In this document: positions 36,440 through 48,794 of the stretch, in pieces | Layout: the number at the start of each line of letters is the position of its first letter | Position numbering within the stretch: position 1 is the first letter of the stretch | Assembly (NCBI RefSeq): GCF_028641065.1 | Contig: NC_073379.1 | Coordinates: 41,850,001-41,914,000, forward strand | Length of the DNA: 64,000 bases | Source: Leucoraja erinacea | Taxonomy: Eukaryota | Direction: 5' to 3' | Translations under genes and position numbers: made by a program | Notes under the pieces: model-generated | Told to the model about the DNA's origin: nothing | The model's database searches: none | Seen by the model: only the letters and a program-made list of their open reading frames with translations

Positions 36440-37260
36440 GTCGGTGTGACGTGTCGCATTGTAGGAGGTCGAATGTAAACCAAAAGTATACTGCTAATGT
36501 CAAGACCCTTAACAGCATTGATATACAATGATCTTGCAGTCCAAATCCATAGCTCCCTTAAAGCGGCAACACAGGTAGATAGTATGATAAAGAAGGTGTT
36601 TGGTATGCTTACTTTGAAGGGTCTCGATCTGAAATATCACCTATCCATGGTCTCCAGAGATGTTACATGACCTGCTGAGTTGGTCCAGCCTTTTGTGTCC
36701 TTTTTTTCATTGGCTGAGTGAAAGAGGCAGGGAATCATGTTTTGGAGATTTACAGGGCTATGGTTAAGCTGCATTTGGAGTATTGTCTACAGTTCTTGTT
36801 GCCCCATTACAGGAAGGATGTGGAGGCTGTGGAAAGGTGCAGAGGAGATTTGCCAGAATTATTTCTGGATTAGGAGGCATTTGATGCAGGGAGAGGAGGA
36901 GTTAAGAGGAGACGATGGAAGAAAAGCAATTTATGAGAGGCGTAGACAGACACGGGTAAACATCCATAACATTTTTCCCAGGATGGAAACATCAAATATT
37001 ACAGGACATGGGTATAAGGGGTGAGGAACAGTTTAAAGGAAATGCGTGGGACAAGTTTTTTTTACACAGAAAATGGTGGGTGCCTGGAATGGGATGCCAG
37101 CGATGGCGGTGGAGGCAGATACGATAGTGGCGTGTAGGAGGCTTTTAAATAGGTTTGTGATATACAGGAATGGAGAAATATAATTTAACTTGGTATCATG
37201 TTTGGTGCAGACATGGGTTTGAAAAGCCTGGTCCTCTGCTATTCTGTTATTTGTTCTATG
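36440..37260 (+). mobile_element. Degenerate CR1 with inserted PLE module (~36616-36700)
   Basis: CR1 C-terminal/3' UTR motifs (catttggagtattgt, ttttttacacagaaaatggtgggtgcctggaat). Confidence 0.65.
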
Positions 37261-38307
37261 AGGGAACCAAAGGATCTTTGGAGGGAACTGTCTCTGACAA
37301 GGTAAAACCAGGGTGACTATTGGAAATAGACTGTAAACAGGGTTATCTGATCAATGAAGAATGGACCAGTTAAAGAGAGGGAATGTCAACAAAAGAATGA
37401 GGGAGTTGTGAAATGCAGAGTATTTCAGGCCAGGTTGGGCAAAACCTCCACTTTCAACAGAAAAAATTGAATCAGCCAAGTCGGTATTACAGGATGGTAA
37501 TTGATACAAACCATGAAATCAAAGTTAACTGAAGTTATAAAATTCAATATTGAGTCCAGAAGGCAATATGACCGGAATTGTACCCCATTTTCATCTAAGA
37601 CTTCTGGAGTACCATTGGAGAATGGGGTACTATTCTGGCACATTGCAGGCTACTGGACTCAATGTTGAATTCTACAACTTAAGGTAACTTGATTTATCTG
37701 TATCATTTGTCCATCCTGTGATATTAGTTGAGATTCTTTTCTTCTTTAGCCTCTTTCCAGTTCTGACGAAGGATCTTTAACAGGGATTGAAGAAGGGACA
37801 TGATCCTGTCATTGCCTGTCCATTCCCTCCTGACCTGCTGAGTTCTTCCAGCACTTTGTGTTTCGCTAAACCTTAGGTTCCAGCATCTGCAGACCTGCAG
37901 ATCATTCATCCTCTTTTCCTGTCCTCAAAGCTTGCCTTTTTGAATGAGCATTTTCCCACCTTCCCTAATATCTTTATAGGTTCAGCATCTATGATGGCCT
38001 TCATTTGTTTCAAACGTGCCATTGTAAATGTAAATTGTTTAAAGCTGATAGTGGTGTCCTAAATGCATCCCAAAACCCAAATATGTATTCGAGATCTGTT
38101 GAACGATTGCTGCACAACAGGTGGAATTCAAGATATCTCTTAAACCTGCTGCAAGGTGTTCCCTTTGTTTCATGTACTCTTGTAGTGTTTTGAAAATGAC
38201 ACTGTTGCAAAATATATTTTATAAATATTAGTTGATGCTGTCTCATTAATTCAGTTGCAAATGTTTTGTATCTATTGGTGATACATGATTTTAAATATAT
38301 ATCATAG

Positions 38308-38462
38308 GCAGGAAGTCAACAAGGCTGTTTATGTATATAAGAATTCTATTGAGGATTTACGGACTCTCCTGCATAGTTTGAAAAGGGAACCTATCCAAGA
38401 TGATGTTCCCGTCCAGAATGATGCACCTATCAGAAATCAAACGCCTCTATCTTTGGAGAAAG
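38308..38462 (+). CDS. TRMO: TRMO exon 2
   Basis: Acceptor catAG (38306-38307); (R)QEVNKAVYVYKNSIEDLRTLLHSLKREPIQDDVPVQNDAPIRNQTPLSLEK(G); donor G|GTAAGA at 38463; phases match both neighbours. Confidence 0.8.
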
Positions 38463-39794
38463 GTAAGAAATAATCTTTGCTTAATGCGTTAATTCAAAAA
38501 ATAACCATTGTATTTCTCAGCACAAATTGACACTATTTAATTTCATTAGGTGTTTATTATGGTTTGTAGTATATTTTTAAAGAATTGTTTGGACAACTCA
38601 ATGGTAACAAAGTAAGTCTTTGACATTAAAAATATTTAGATTATTCTCAGCCTGCTAGCCATGACTAATAAGTGAAGCCATTGATGACTGGTAATGGAAA
38701 AACTATTCACTTTATTGTACATTTGACTGAGACTGCTAAATTACTTTTATTTGATCTGCTTGTCTCTGATTTTCAAATACTATATTCAAGAGCAGACCAT
38801 ATGCCAATCATCACTTTATCTTCATCCTTTTTCACTCACATTTTGATGTTACCTAGGCTTAATTATGTCCCTCTGAGGTCTGATGAAAGGACCTACATGC
38901 AAAATGGTAACTGTTTCTCTTCCCACAGGTGCTGTCTAATCTGCATTTCCCATTTTCTGTTTTTATATCATCGGCTATTATATCATTCCAACGTATAGTT
39001 AAACCTGCTGAGTGGTTCCCACCACCTCCCAATTAACTACTCGTTATTTAGAGCATGAGGCTTAATGTGCTGGTGATGACTTTCCTGTCATTTCGACTCA
39101 TTCTTGACTTATTTTACGAATTCCTCTTGCCCCTTCTTGTCTAATTAAAATTTAACTTGCAGCTTTCTGCCTTTCTCCTTTTTGATGAAGTGTCACAGAC
39201 CTCAAATGCTGCTTCAGATTTTGGGCCTTTACTACTTTTATTTTAGACTATTGTCTATGTTACTGCAGTAAGTTTGATTGTTAAAGTATTACTTCTTTGT
39301 ATTTCGATTCGGAACAGTCAGTGCCATGTTAGTATCAGAACAACTTTTTGTACTGTCCTATGCTATTCTGCCAATATTTATGTAAAAAAGGCCTGGCTAA
39401 TTGAGTGCAATGGGATAAAACTATATGCATTAGGTTTGGGTTGGGTTGACGTAGCTTTAAGAAATTCCTTGGTTATGGCTTGAGTTGGAATAGGTAGGAT
39501 CGGCATTTTATTAATAAATGTATTGATCATCAGGACTTTATTTATAAAGTTGTTAATTTATGTATGTACATTGTTACATGTTGGGTGGTATGTTCATATG
39601 CTGGATGCCTAGGGCGAGCCAGGATTCCAAATGGCGATTGTTGGGCATCAAAAAATAAATTCTAAATTTGTGGGCACATGTTAGATTTGGGTAGGTTAAG
39701 CTTGTCATTAGATCATTGATTTTGCAGTTCTAGGTTTAATATATACTCATTGGTGGAAGCCTTTACCAGCTTTGTGTGAAGAAGATCCCAAATA

Positions 39795-41393
39795 CAGGTG
39801 CACAACCTTTTATCCGACGATCCAAATAACGAAAACCTCCGAATAGCGACATTTTTTCAGTCCTTGAATAAAGGTCCTTGAAAACGTTCACCGAGGGCGG
39901 CCCGCAGAGGTGACAGCGGAACCTCCGGTCGGTCCTCGAAGAAAGGGGAACTAAATCCCCATTCATAAAAGAGAAGGTGAGGGTATATTGCGCGGGAGGG
40001 TTAATAATTGACAATATGCTGCTGCCTGCCCGCTGAGTTATAAAGTTCCCACGGTAGACTCACGATACACAGTAGTAGATTGTCGCTCCCTTCAGTTTCA
40101 CCCCACCTACACCCACCCCTCTGCTTCCCTGTGTGTGACCCCTTCCCTCCCCTCTCCAGCTCCCCGCGCATTGCACCGGCGCGGGGGCTTTGCACTGTCT
40201 TCACGCCGGAGCCAGTGCCAGTCACCGGAGACGTCAGGACCAACGGGACACCGACCCCCAGGCCCACTGCAAGCACGGAGAACCCAGAGACCCACAGCCA
40301 GCAGCAGCCCAGCCCCGTTCCAATTCCAGAGGAACACGCTCTCCGCTGTCCCCGTAGGGGCAGAAGGTGATGGCTCGGGCTGTGACGTCTCCGGCCACCC
40401 CCTGTACAGGAGCTGAGACTGGGAACTGTGGGGTTGTTTGCAGTTGCAGAGGGAGGGGGCAAGGGCGGTAAAGTTCCCAGTCTCAGCTCCATTCCAGGGG
40501 GGTGACCGGGGACGTCAGGACCAACGGGACACTGACTGCAAGCACGGAGATCCCAGAGACTCACAGCCAGCAGCAACTCTAGCCCAGCCCCGCTCCAACT
40601 CCAGAGGAACCCGGGTTGCGGATGAGGGGGCGCAGCTCGGGCTGTGGGCGAACTGCCACTTGTCGCTGTAACGGCGCATCGGGGAGCCGGTTCCTGTTGG
40701 TCCTGACGTCTCCGGCCATCCCCCTGGACAGGAGCTGAGAGACGTCAGGACCACCAGAAGCCGCTCCCCGATGCGCCGCTACAGCGACAAGTGGCAGTTC
40801 GCCCACAGCCCGAGCTGCGCCCCCTCATCGGGACACCGACCCCCAGGCCCACTGCAAGCACGGAGATCCCAGAGACTCACAGCCAGCAACAACTCTAGCC
40901 CAGCCCCGCTCCAACTCCAGAGGAACCCGGGTTGCGGATGAGGGGGCGCAGCTCGGGCTGTGGGCGAACTGCCACTTGTCGCCGTAGCGGCCCATCGGGG
41001 AGCGGATTCCTCTGGAGTTGGAGGGACAGGGAGACACAGCGGCTTTTGAGAATGGTGGGCAATCACTTCCAAAGTTCTGCCCACACAGTCAGTACACCTC
41101 TCCTACACTTGTCTCCCGCACTAAGATCATCTCGCAGAGAATGATCCCAGCCTAACCTCCCTATTCTCTCCTATTCTGCAAGAACAAAACTACATTGAAG
41201 ACTCAAACTCGCGATCGAGTAACTGCTGGGATCGAGGCGCTAACTCGCGACCTTGCGGATACGAGCCGAGCACTCTACCACTGAGCCGGCCGTTAAAATC
41301 TACGCTAAAAATCTTCCATTCCGAAAGCCGAAAAATTCTGAATTACGAAAAGTGTCTGGTCCCAAGGCTTTCGGATAAAAGGTTGTGCACCTG
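39795..41393. mobile_element. Non-autonomous Tc1/mariner-superfamily (pogo/Tigger-like) element in TRMO intron 2
   Basis: Perfect 23-bp TIR CAGGTGCACAACCTTTTATCCGA at both ends, TA TSD (39793-39794, 41394-41395); GC-rich interior with direct and inverted duplications, no transposase. Confidence 0.9.
41224..41292 (-). pseudogene. tRNA-like sequence (Thr-CGT-like, disrupted) inside the TcMar element
   Basis: Minus strand CGGCCGGCTCAGTGGTAGAGTGCTCGGCTCGTATCCGCAAGGTCGCGAGTT(AGCGCC)TCGATCCCAGCA: D-arm/A-box and anticodon loop CT-CGT-AT visible; T-arm/B-box interrupted. Confidence 0.55.
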
Positions 41394-41826
41394 TACAACC
41401 AAGAGGGCAAACCCATAATGGTAACTGAATTAGGAAGCCGGAAGAAAAGGGAAAGTTGGAGGAGAGTGTTATTGAAGTTGCATTGACATATTTTTACTGA
41501 ACTTTATAATAAAACTGACAGGGGAATATTATGCCAGAGAATTAGAAAGTCTTCAATTTGTGGAAACTGCACCTGCAGATGCAAGTATAAAATCTTTCAA
41601 TGTAGGATATATGTATTTGAACAACAATAATTGTACTTGCATATCTGGGAATAAATATCTTACTAAGTCACATTTCTCTCGTATATAGCTTTATTGTATT
41701 CAAGTGTGCTTACATTTTAATTCATCTTTTTTGTCTCTCCAGACATGCTGATTAGAAATGTAAATGGTATAATTTCACTGCAACTATGTCATGAAATAAA
41801 ACAAATATATTTTGGTAATTATTCAG

Positions 41827-42001
41827 GAAACATCCAAACTGCACCCATTGGATATATCGAATCGTGCTTTTCTACCAAAAATGGCACACCTCGACAACCA
41901 ACAATTTGTGGTTTATCTCGTGCACGACTTAAAATTAGCAAGACTGTTTTTGCCAATGCAGAGCATTCACTCATGGGCTTGGAGCAATTTTCACATGTCT
42001 G
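41827..42001 (+). CDS. TRMO: TRMO exon 3 (start of TsaA-like domain)
   Basis: GNIQTAPIGYIESCFSTKNGTPRQPTICGLSRARLKISKTVFANAEHSLMGLEQFSHVW, highly similar to human TRMO; donor TG|GTAAGT at 42002. Confidence 0.95.
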
Positions 42002-42367
42002 GTAAGTTGGCTTTAATTGTATAATTGCATATGTGTATGACCTGCATCTTTTAACTTTTGTGAGTGATAATTAAGTTCAATGTTGCAATATGAATTAAAA
42101 TCACTTCCAATTTCTCTAGAGAATTGTTGTTAAGTTCTTTTATTCTTTTGGCTGATTACTCAATTGTGACAAAAGATTAAAAATATTGAGTTTGTTAAAT
42201 TGGCTGGAAATGTTGGCTGTCAGCAAGTTCATTGTATCCAACAGTTTCACTTTGTGCAATCAATTGATTGATTTAATTACTTGTGTAGGAAGGAACTGCA
42301 AAAGGGTCTCGACCCAAAACGTCACCCATTCCTTCTCTCCAGAGATGCTGCTTGTCGTGCTGAGTTA

Positions 42368-43129
42368 TGGGCCTGTCCCACTTAGGTGATTTTTCAGGCG
42401 ACTGCCGACGACAGTCAAATCGTAGCAGGTCACTGAAAAACCGGCGACTGGAATGTCAGAGTGAAACACACACGCATACATACACAAATAGCATCCTTCA
42501 CCAGCCAGTTATGCAGGCGGGGGATAGGGCAAGTGGGGTGAGCGCTGTCTGAGTGAAATTCACGCGGTGAAAGCCAATGTGATACAGACACGATGAACAG
42601 GAAGGTTGGCGCTGTAATTAAGACAGTTAAAGCACAGTGTATAGGAAAGGTCACACAAGTCCTTTAAAAGGGGGGGGGGGGGAAGAAGGAGTGGAGACAA
42701 CTTTTAAGAAGGCAGAGAAAAGAATTGTTCGGCACGGACTTGTAGGGCCGAGATGGCCTGTTTCCGTGCTGTAATTGTTATATGCGGCAGTGCAGCTCGG
42801 CGGACACTAACATTACCGGTCGGTTATCCTTGGTTCTGAAACCTACAGTTTAAGTTTTATTTTTCCAATGAGCCAACAAAATTCACTGGTCAGCACCGGC
42901 GACAACCAACGACCTCCTGGCAACCCACTACCACTGCACCTACTTCACGAGAATTCTTGCTCTGCATGGCATCAAAATTCTGGTCGCCGCGGTGACCAGA
43001 ATGAAGCCGCGACTAGTTAACAGAATGCCGGAACTGCTCACCATCATGCAGGTGAATCCCCAGCAAACTCCGGAGAACATGTGGCGACCTCGTAGTCGCC
43101 TAAAAAGTTGCGTAAGTGGGACAGGCCCA
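42368..43129. mobile_element. PIF/Harbinger-type MITE inserted in a PLE module
   Basis: TIR TGGGCCTGTCCCACTTA / TAAGTGGGACAGGCCCA, TTA TSD (42365-42367, 43130-43132); host module reads tgctgagTTA|ctccagc; contains a CR1 3' tail at ~42720-42784. Confidence 0.92.
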
Positions 43130-44899
43130 TTACTCCAGCTTTTTGTGCCTATCTTTGATATAATTACTTTATAGGTGGACGTAATGACAGATACTTTGCA
43201 TTTCATGCATGTTTGATTTATGCGTTTTTAATATAAAGCACGTTCTTTTAATACCAAAGCTTGATTTATGCGCTGGTATTTTAGGAATAACACGTTCAAA
43301 TTTATTGCTGACAGCATAGTCATGTGTATATTTAATTGACTGTTTATTTAACTATGTGCTGCTTTTCAAGCACGTAATCCCTGCATAAAATGCGTGGTGC
43401 CTGTACAGCAGTAAAACGTTGGCATCAACCAAATTGTCTCTTGGGTTTTCCTTTTTTTTTAATATATCTGATCTTTTCTATTAGGCTTTCCTTTAGTGTA
43501 AAGACTACCAGGTTATGATTCATGCATATCCTGTTACCCTAAAAAGGAGTTGGTGGGCTGCCTTCCATTGTGCTTCATGGTAATTATTACTGCAGTTATA
43601 TTGCCCATCGCGCAAATTTGATAGAATGCAGTAGAGTTATTTATAATAGCATTTATAATAGCATCTCCAGTGTGTTGGTTTCCTTACCTGACATTGCTGA
43701 ACCAGTAGATACAAGGAACTACAGATGCTCATTTACAAAAATCCACAAAGTGCTGGAGTAACTCAGTGGGTCAGGCAGCATCGACATTGTGCTGGAACTT
43801 TGTCTTTGTATAAAGCGCTTATTTTTATTGTTTTAATGAAAAATCAGCAGCCATGTCACCTTATGTGTCATGTTACTATATTTAGCTAATTTAATTTCAT
43901 AACATAGTAATAGGATTGCAAATCACTCCCTCAGAGTTTCCATTCTTGCATTCTCGCCTCAATAATAATTGAAAGTGTACTGTGATCCACAACTCTCCTG
44001 AATTCCCCACTGGACTGATCAATGACAAGCTCTTATTTCTAACTTCCAGTTTTGAATTTCCAAACAGAAAATATTTGATGCATTATGTCTTTTTTTTATC
44101 TTGTGAAACTCTAGAGGGACAACCGCCATTCTTATTCACCCTGTATTTTATAGAGGAAATAACTGCAACAAATTCAACCTTAATGAATGCAAATTGACAG
44201 ATTCTATCTTTTTGAGTTCTATTTATGGAGACAAGAAATCTGTCTAGGACTGCAGGTGTTTAATAAAGCATCTCTACTTTTCAGGTGTACTTGTCAAGAA
44301 ATGAACTCTGCTGATGTTTGCTTCTTATGGTTCATTAACCTACATCGTTATTTTTGGTCGTTTGTCCATCTGCTGCTATATTCCAATGAGCAATGCTGCA
44401 GAAAATAAACAAATCCATTATATTAAATTAGCATTGTCAATCAGATTGTGTAGGGAATGTTTGGAGTTGACAGCAAGGCAGCTAGGCTACTCCACTGTGA
44501 ATTTAACTTTCATATTTAAAGGTTTGAATGTTAACTTTCAGCAAGATAAGAAAAATTTTGAATTATGTTTCGGTTTTAATGCTCTGCACTCCCAGTAGAG
44601 TAGAATGCCGAAAGTAGTAATAAGAACAGCACCACTGCACTGTTTCTTTATCTCAGACCAGTATTCCTTTTTGGTGTTGTTCCCAGCTAGGAGTATCGAA
44701 TTACTGAATATACCTTTTGACTAAAGATCAGAATATAAACAAATTAGGAGAGTCTCTGACTCTCAATCCCATCCTGAAATTCTCCTGGAGAGCAGTGGAA
44801 CCGTGGAAAATCCTTTCTTAGTTTCTTGTCCTGTCAGAAATCTTTCTATAAAGTGATATTGGGAATGGTAAATGTACATTTTAAAACCAGTTACCCAGT

Positions 44900-45392
44900 A
44901 TAGAAAGGGTGTCATTAAAGCTGGAAAAATGGAGAGAAGATTTACGAAGATGTTGCCAAGATTTTGAGGGCCTGAGCTACAGGAAGAGGTTAGGCAGGCA
45001 AGGACTTTATTCCTTGGAGTGCAGTAACCTGAGGGTTGATTTTATAGAGGTCATGAGGGAAATAGAAAGTGAATGCACAGTGTCTTTTATCCAGAGTTAG
45101 GGAATCTAGAACCAGAGGACATAAATTTAAGGTATAGGGGTAAGATAGGATCCTGAGGGGCAACTTTTTCACACAGAGGGTGGTTTGTATAAGGAATGCA
45201 CTGCCAGAGGAGGTAGTTGCGACAGGCACGATAATAATATTTAAAATACATTTGGGCAGGTGCATGAATAGGAAACGTTTAAAGGGTTATGAGCCGAATG
45301 CAACAGATGGGACTAGCATAGATGGGGCATCTTGATCGACATGGGCAAGTTGGGCCACAGGGCCTGTTTCTGTGCTGTATTACTCCATGACT
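44900..45392 (+). mobile_element. CR1 3' fragment
   Basis: EGLSYRKRLGRQGLYSLE; RTRGHKFK; 3' UTR hairpin region. Confidence 0.8.
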
Positions 45393-45579
45393 GATTCCAA
45401 TGCATTAAAAGTATTAAGAAAGACCTATCTTTTCAGAACGGAATACGTGTATATTTTGTTGCAGTAACATACAGAATGTATTATTTTAATGTGTCTTTGG
45501 CTTTCCTTAAAGAATAGAAACATTTTTTCCACAAATTCTATGGCATTTGGGTACAGAATTTGCAAGATTCTTCTGTCAT

Positions 45580-46520
45580 GAGTTGTACTAAACATTCCTC
45601 AGGCTGGATATTGTGTACAGTTTTAGTTTCTACATCAAGAGAGAGCTAGATAGGGCTTTTAAAGATAGCGGAGTCAGGAGATATGGGGAGAAGGCAGGAA
45701 TGGGGTACTGATTGTGGATGATCAGCCATGATCACATTGATTGCCTGTACTGGCTTGAAGGGGCGAATGGCCTACTCCTACACCGATTGTCTATTACAGG
45801 AAGGATGTGGTAGATTAGAAAAGCTCAGAAGAGATTCACCCGGACTTAACTTGTAAGGAGAGGTTGCATGGGCAGGGTTATTCTCACTGGAATCTAGATG
45901 GCTGAAGGGTGACTTTATAATAAATAATAATAATAATATCTTTTATTGTCATTGCACGTCAGTGCAACGAGATTTAGTATGCAGCTTCCAACCGATGTAA
46001 AAGAAGAGTAAAATAAATAAATAAGCTGTGTAACGTGGCCATCCGAGGGAGACAGTCCAGGGGGGATGGGGGGACACTCAGCAGGGCCGGTTCAGAGCCG
46101 CTATAGCACTGGGAATAAAGCTGTTTCTGAGTGGAGGTTCGGGCGTAAAAGGCTTTGTAACGTCTGCCGGAGGAAGTAGTTTATAAAATTGTAAGGGGGC
46201 AAAGATATAATATATAGTCAATCTTTCTCCTGGGGTAGGGCAGTCTAAAACTAGAGGACATTGGTGTAAGGTGAGAGGGGAGAAATTTAAAGGAATCTGA
46301 CGGGCATGTTTATCACACAGAGGGTGTTGAGAACATAGATTGTGCTGCCAGAGGAAACGGCAGAAGGAGGTACAATTGTGAAGTTTAAAATGCCCATGGC
46401 CATTTACTTGGGTCAGAAAGAATTTGAGATATGTGGGCAAATGGGATTAACGTGAACAGGCATCACAGTCAGCATGGATATTTTGTACTGAAGGGCCCAT
46501 TTTTGTGCTGTACAATTCAA
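45580..46520. mobile_element. Nested CR1 / CR1 tail / Rex1-like tail fragments
   Basis: Old + strand CR1 interrupted by a CR1 3' end (~45638-45795) and a minus-strand fragment RNSFIPSAIAALN with (taa)n tail (~45917-46185). Confidence 0.6.
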
Positions 46521-46869
46521 TGATTTATTTAAAGTTAAGTGTTAATGATAGCAATAAATTGGATATGATGGCTACTGTAAAGTATTCAAATTCAAGAGAT
46601 AAAGAGTAAAGCATGAACTCAGTCATTGATGGAACTGATAGGAGGGATTGCTTCTATTTCATGTGTCTCAAGACCACTATGCTTAACTTCAATCTGTGTA
46701 GGAACCATTTTTGTGTTCTGCCATCGATAATCAAAAGTTAAATTGCAGGTCTAGTTCTAGATTCTTTACAATTTCTGTACAAGTTTCTGTAATTTCTTAT
46801 TCCTTTGTTTAAATGTAAATGTTTTATTGCATTTCTAAATTTTAAATATGGAACAATTGATTTATGCAG

Positions 46870-47027
46870 GATTATCTTTGTTTTTCACAAGAATGGGCAT
46901 CAAAGTTGCAAAGCTAAAGTTAAGCCACCTCGGCTGAATGGATTAAAAACTGGAGTATTTTCAACAAGAAGTCCTCACCGCCCCAATGCAATTGGTTTAA
47001 CACTGGGGAAGTTGGATAGGATTGAAG
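46870..47027 (+). CDS. TRMO: TRMO exon 4
   Basis: Acceptor tgcAG (46868-46869); IIFVFHKNGHQSCKAKVKPPRLNGLKTGVFSTRSPHRPNAIGLTLGKLDRIE(G), containing the TsaA/UPF0066 signature GVFSTRSPHRPN; donor G|GTAAG at 47028. Confidence 0.97.
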
Positions 47028-47271
47028 GTAAGCTGCTCTAAAGTTGTTCGATATGTAGGTAGAATGCTTTGCTGCACACGATAAGCCAACTTTATTGAAA
47101 ATAGGAAAAGGAGGGTTAAGAATCTTGCTAGCATCTGCATGAATTTCAAATTAAAGCGGCAGTATCAGAACGTTTACGTCCGAGGGTGGAACTTTTTCTC
47201 AAGGCAGGATACTTCCTGCATGACCAACTATAGTGTTCATAAAATATGAGCAGTCAATAAATCACTAACAT

Positions 47272-47622
47272 AGTGAGTGGTATGAATATTGATTTCTCTC
47301 ATTTCAGGTGGCACCGGCATTCCCTCTTTCGCTATCCCTTCCCCACCCGAGTTGCACTAGCTTCTTATTTTCACCCTACAAACAGCCTGTTTCCTTTATC
47401 ATTGTTACTTTTTTTGCATATCTTTCATTCATTGTTCTTTATCTCTCCACATCACCGTCTATATCTCTCGTCTCCCTTATCCCTAACCAGTCTGAAGAAG
47501 GGTCTCGACCTGAAACGTCATCCATTCTTTCTCTCCAGAGATGCTGCCTGTTCAGCTGAGATACTCCAGCTTTTTGTGTCTATCTTCGGTTTAAACCAGC
47601 ATCTGCAGTTCCTTCTTACACA
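47272..47622 (+). mobile_element. PLE 3' end with complete terminal module
   Basis: SGMNIDFSHF (end of PLE ORF), pyrimidine-rich UTR, core CTGAAGA A GGGT CTCG ACCT GAAA CGTC (47492-47519), tail ending ccttcttacaca. Confidence 0.85.
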
Positions 47623-48035
47623 ACATAGCGACTCCAGCAGGTTAAAATTTCAATGAAAATGTACCGGTTAAGGAATCTGAAAAACAAGCCTATAAATCTT
47701 TTGAAAATTGCTAATGGCCATAAAGGAACAGTGAGAGGTTGGGAGATATTAACATTTTTGATGGGAAATATTAGAAATTTTGTATCTCGCATGCTGAAAC
47801 CACAGGTATTTGGCACCACTGAGATTCATTACTTGTTCCTACTTGTCTTAAAGTGGTGAAAAGCCACAACCTTGTACAGGTGCAGATAGTATAGTGAGGT
47901 TTCTCCATAGAAAGTTCCAGAATACCGACATAACAGTGATGTAATTACAAGTCCGGTTGATCTGGTAATTGTTGGGGGACTTGGATTTAAGACTATTTTC
48001 CAACCTAGCTCACCTGTTGAAGCTGTATCAACAAC

Positions 48036-48505
48036 ATAGAGTCATACAACATAGACACAAGCCCTTCGGCCCAACTCATCGATGCCGACCAAGATGCCCC
48101 ATCTAAGCTAGTCAAATTTGCCCATGTTTGGCACACGTTCTCTTAAACCTTTCCTATCCATTTACTTGTCCAAGTGTCTTTAAAATGCTGTTGCAGTACC
48201 CGCCTCAACGACCTCCTCTGGCAGCTTGTTCCATATACCCACAGCCCTCTGAGTGAAAAAGTTGCCCCTCAGGTTCCTAGTAAATGATGCATCTCTCACT
48301 TTAAACCTATGTCCTCTGCTTCTTGATTCCCCGACCTTGGGTAAGAGTCTCTGTGGGTTCACGCTATCGATTCCCCTCATTTTTAAACACCTTTATAAAA
48401 TCATCCTTCAGCTTCAAGGAATAACATCCTAGCTTAGCCAACTTTTCCATATAGTTTAGGGCCTCAAGTCCTCGCAACGTCCTCGTAAATCTTCTCTGCC
48501 TCTTT
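48036..48505 (-). mobile_element. CR1 3' fragment
   Basis: MRGIDSVN...SRGHRFKVR...GNFFTQRAVGIWNKLPEEVVEAGT. Confidence 0.85.
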
Positions 48506-48794
48506 CTGGCACAATATTTTAGTTCAATATTTTCAATTTAAAAAAAAAAAAATAGATCAAATTGATTCATTCTCTGAATTTTAAATGTTGTGGATAACCA
48601 TGTTAAAAATACTAAATGAATGTGAAATTTTACATGTGTAAGAAGGAACAGCAGATGCTGGTTTAAACCGAAGATAGACACAAAAAGCTGGAGTAACTCA
48701 GCGGGACAGGCAGCATCCCTGGAGATGTTACATGTTAGATGTTACATGAATTTTTACATGTTTGATGTGTAACATATTTCTAAACCTTTCTTAG

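Noticed and set aside
41224-41292. Functional tRNA gene
   Set aside because: T-loop/B-box is interrupted and the acceptor stem is incomplete; kept only as a tRNA-like relic.
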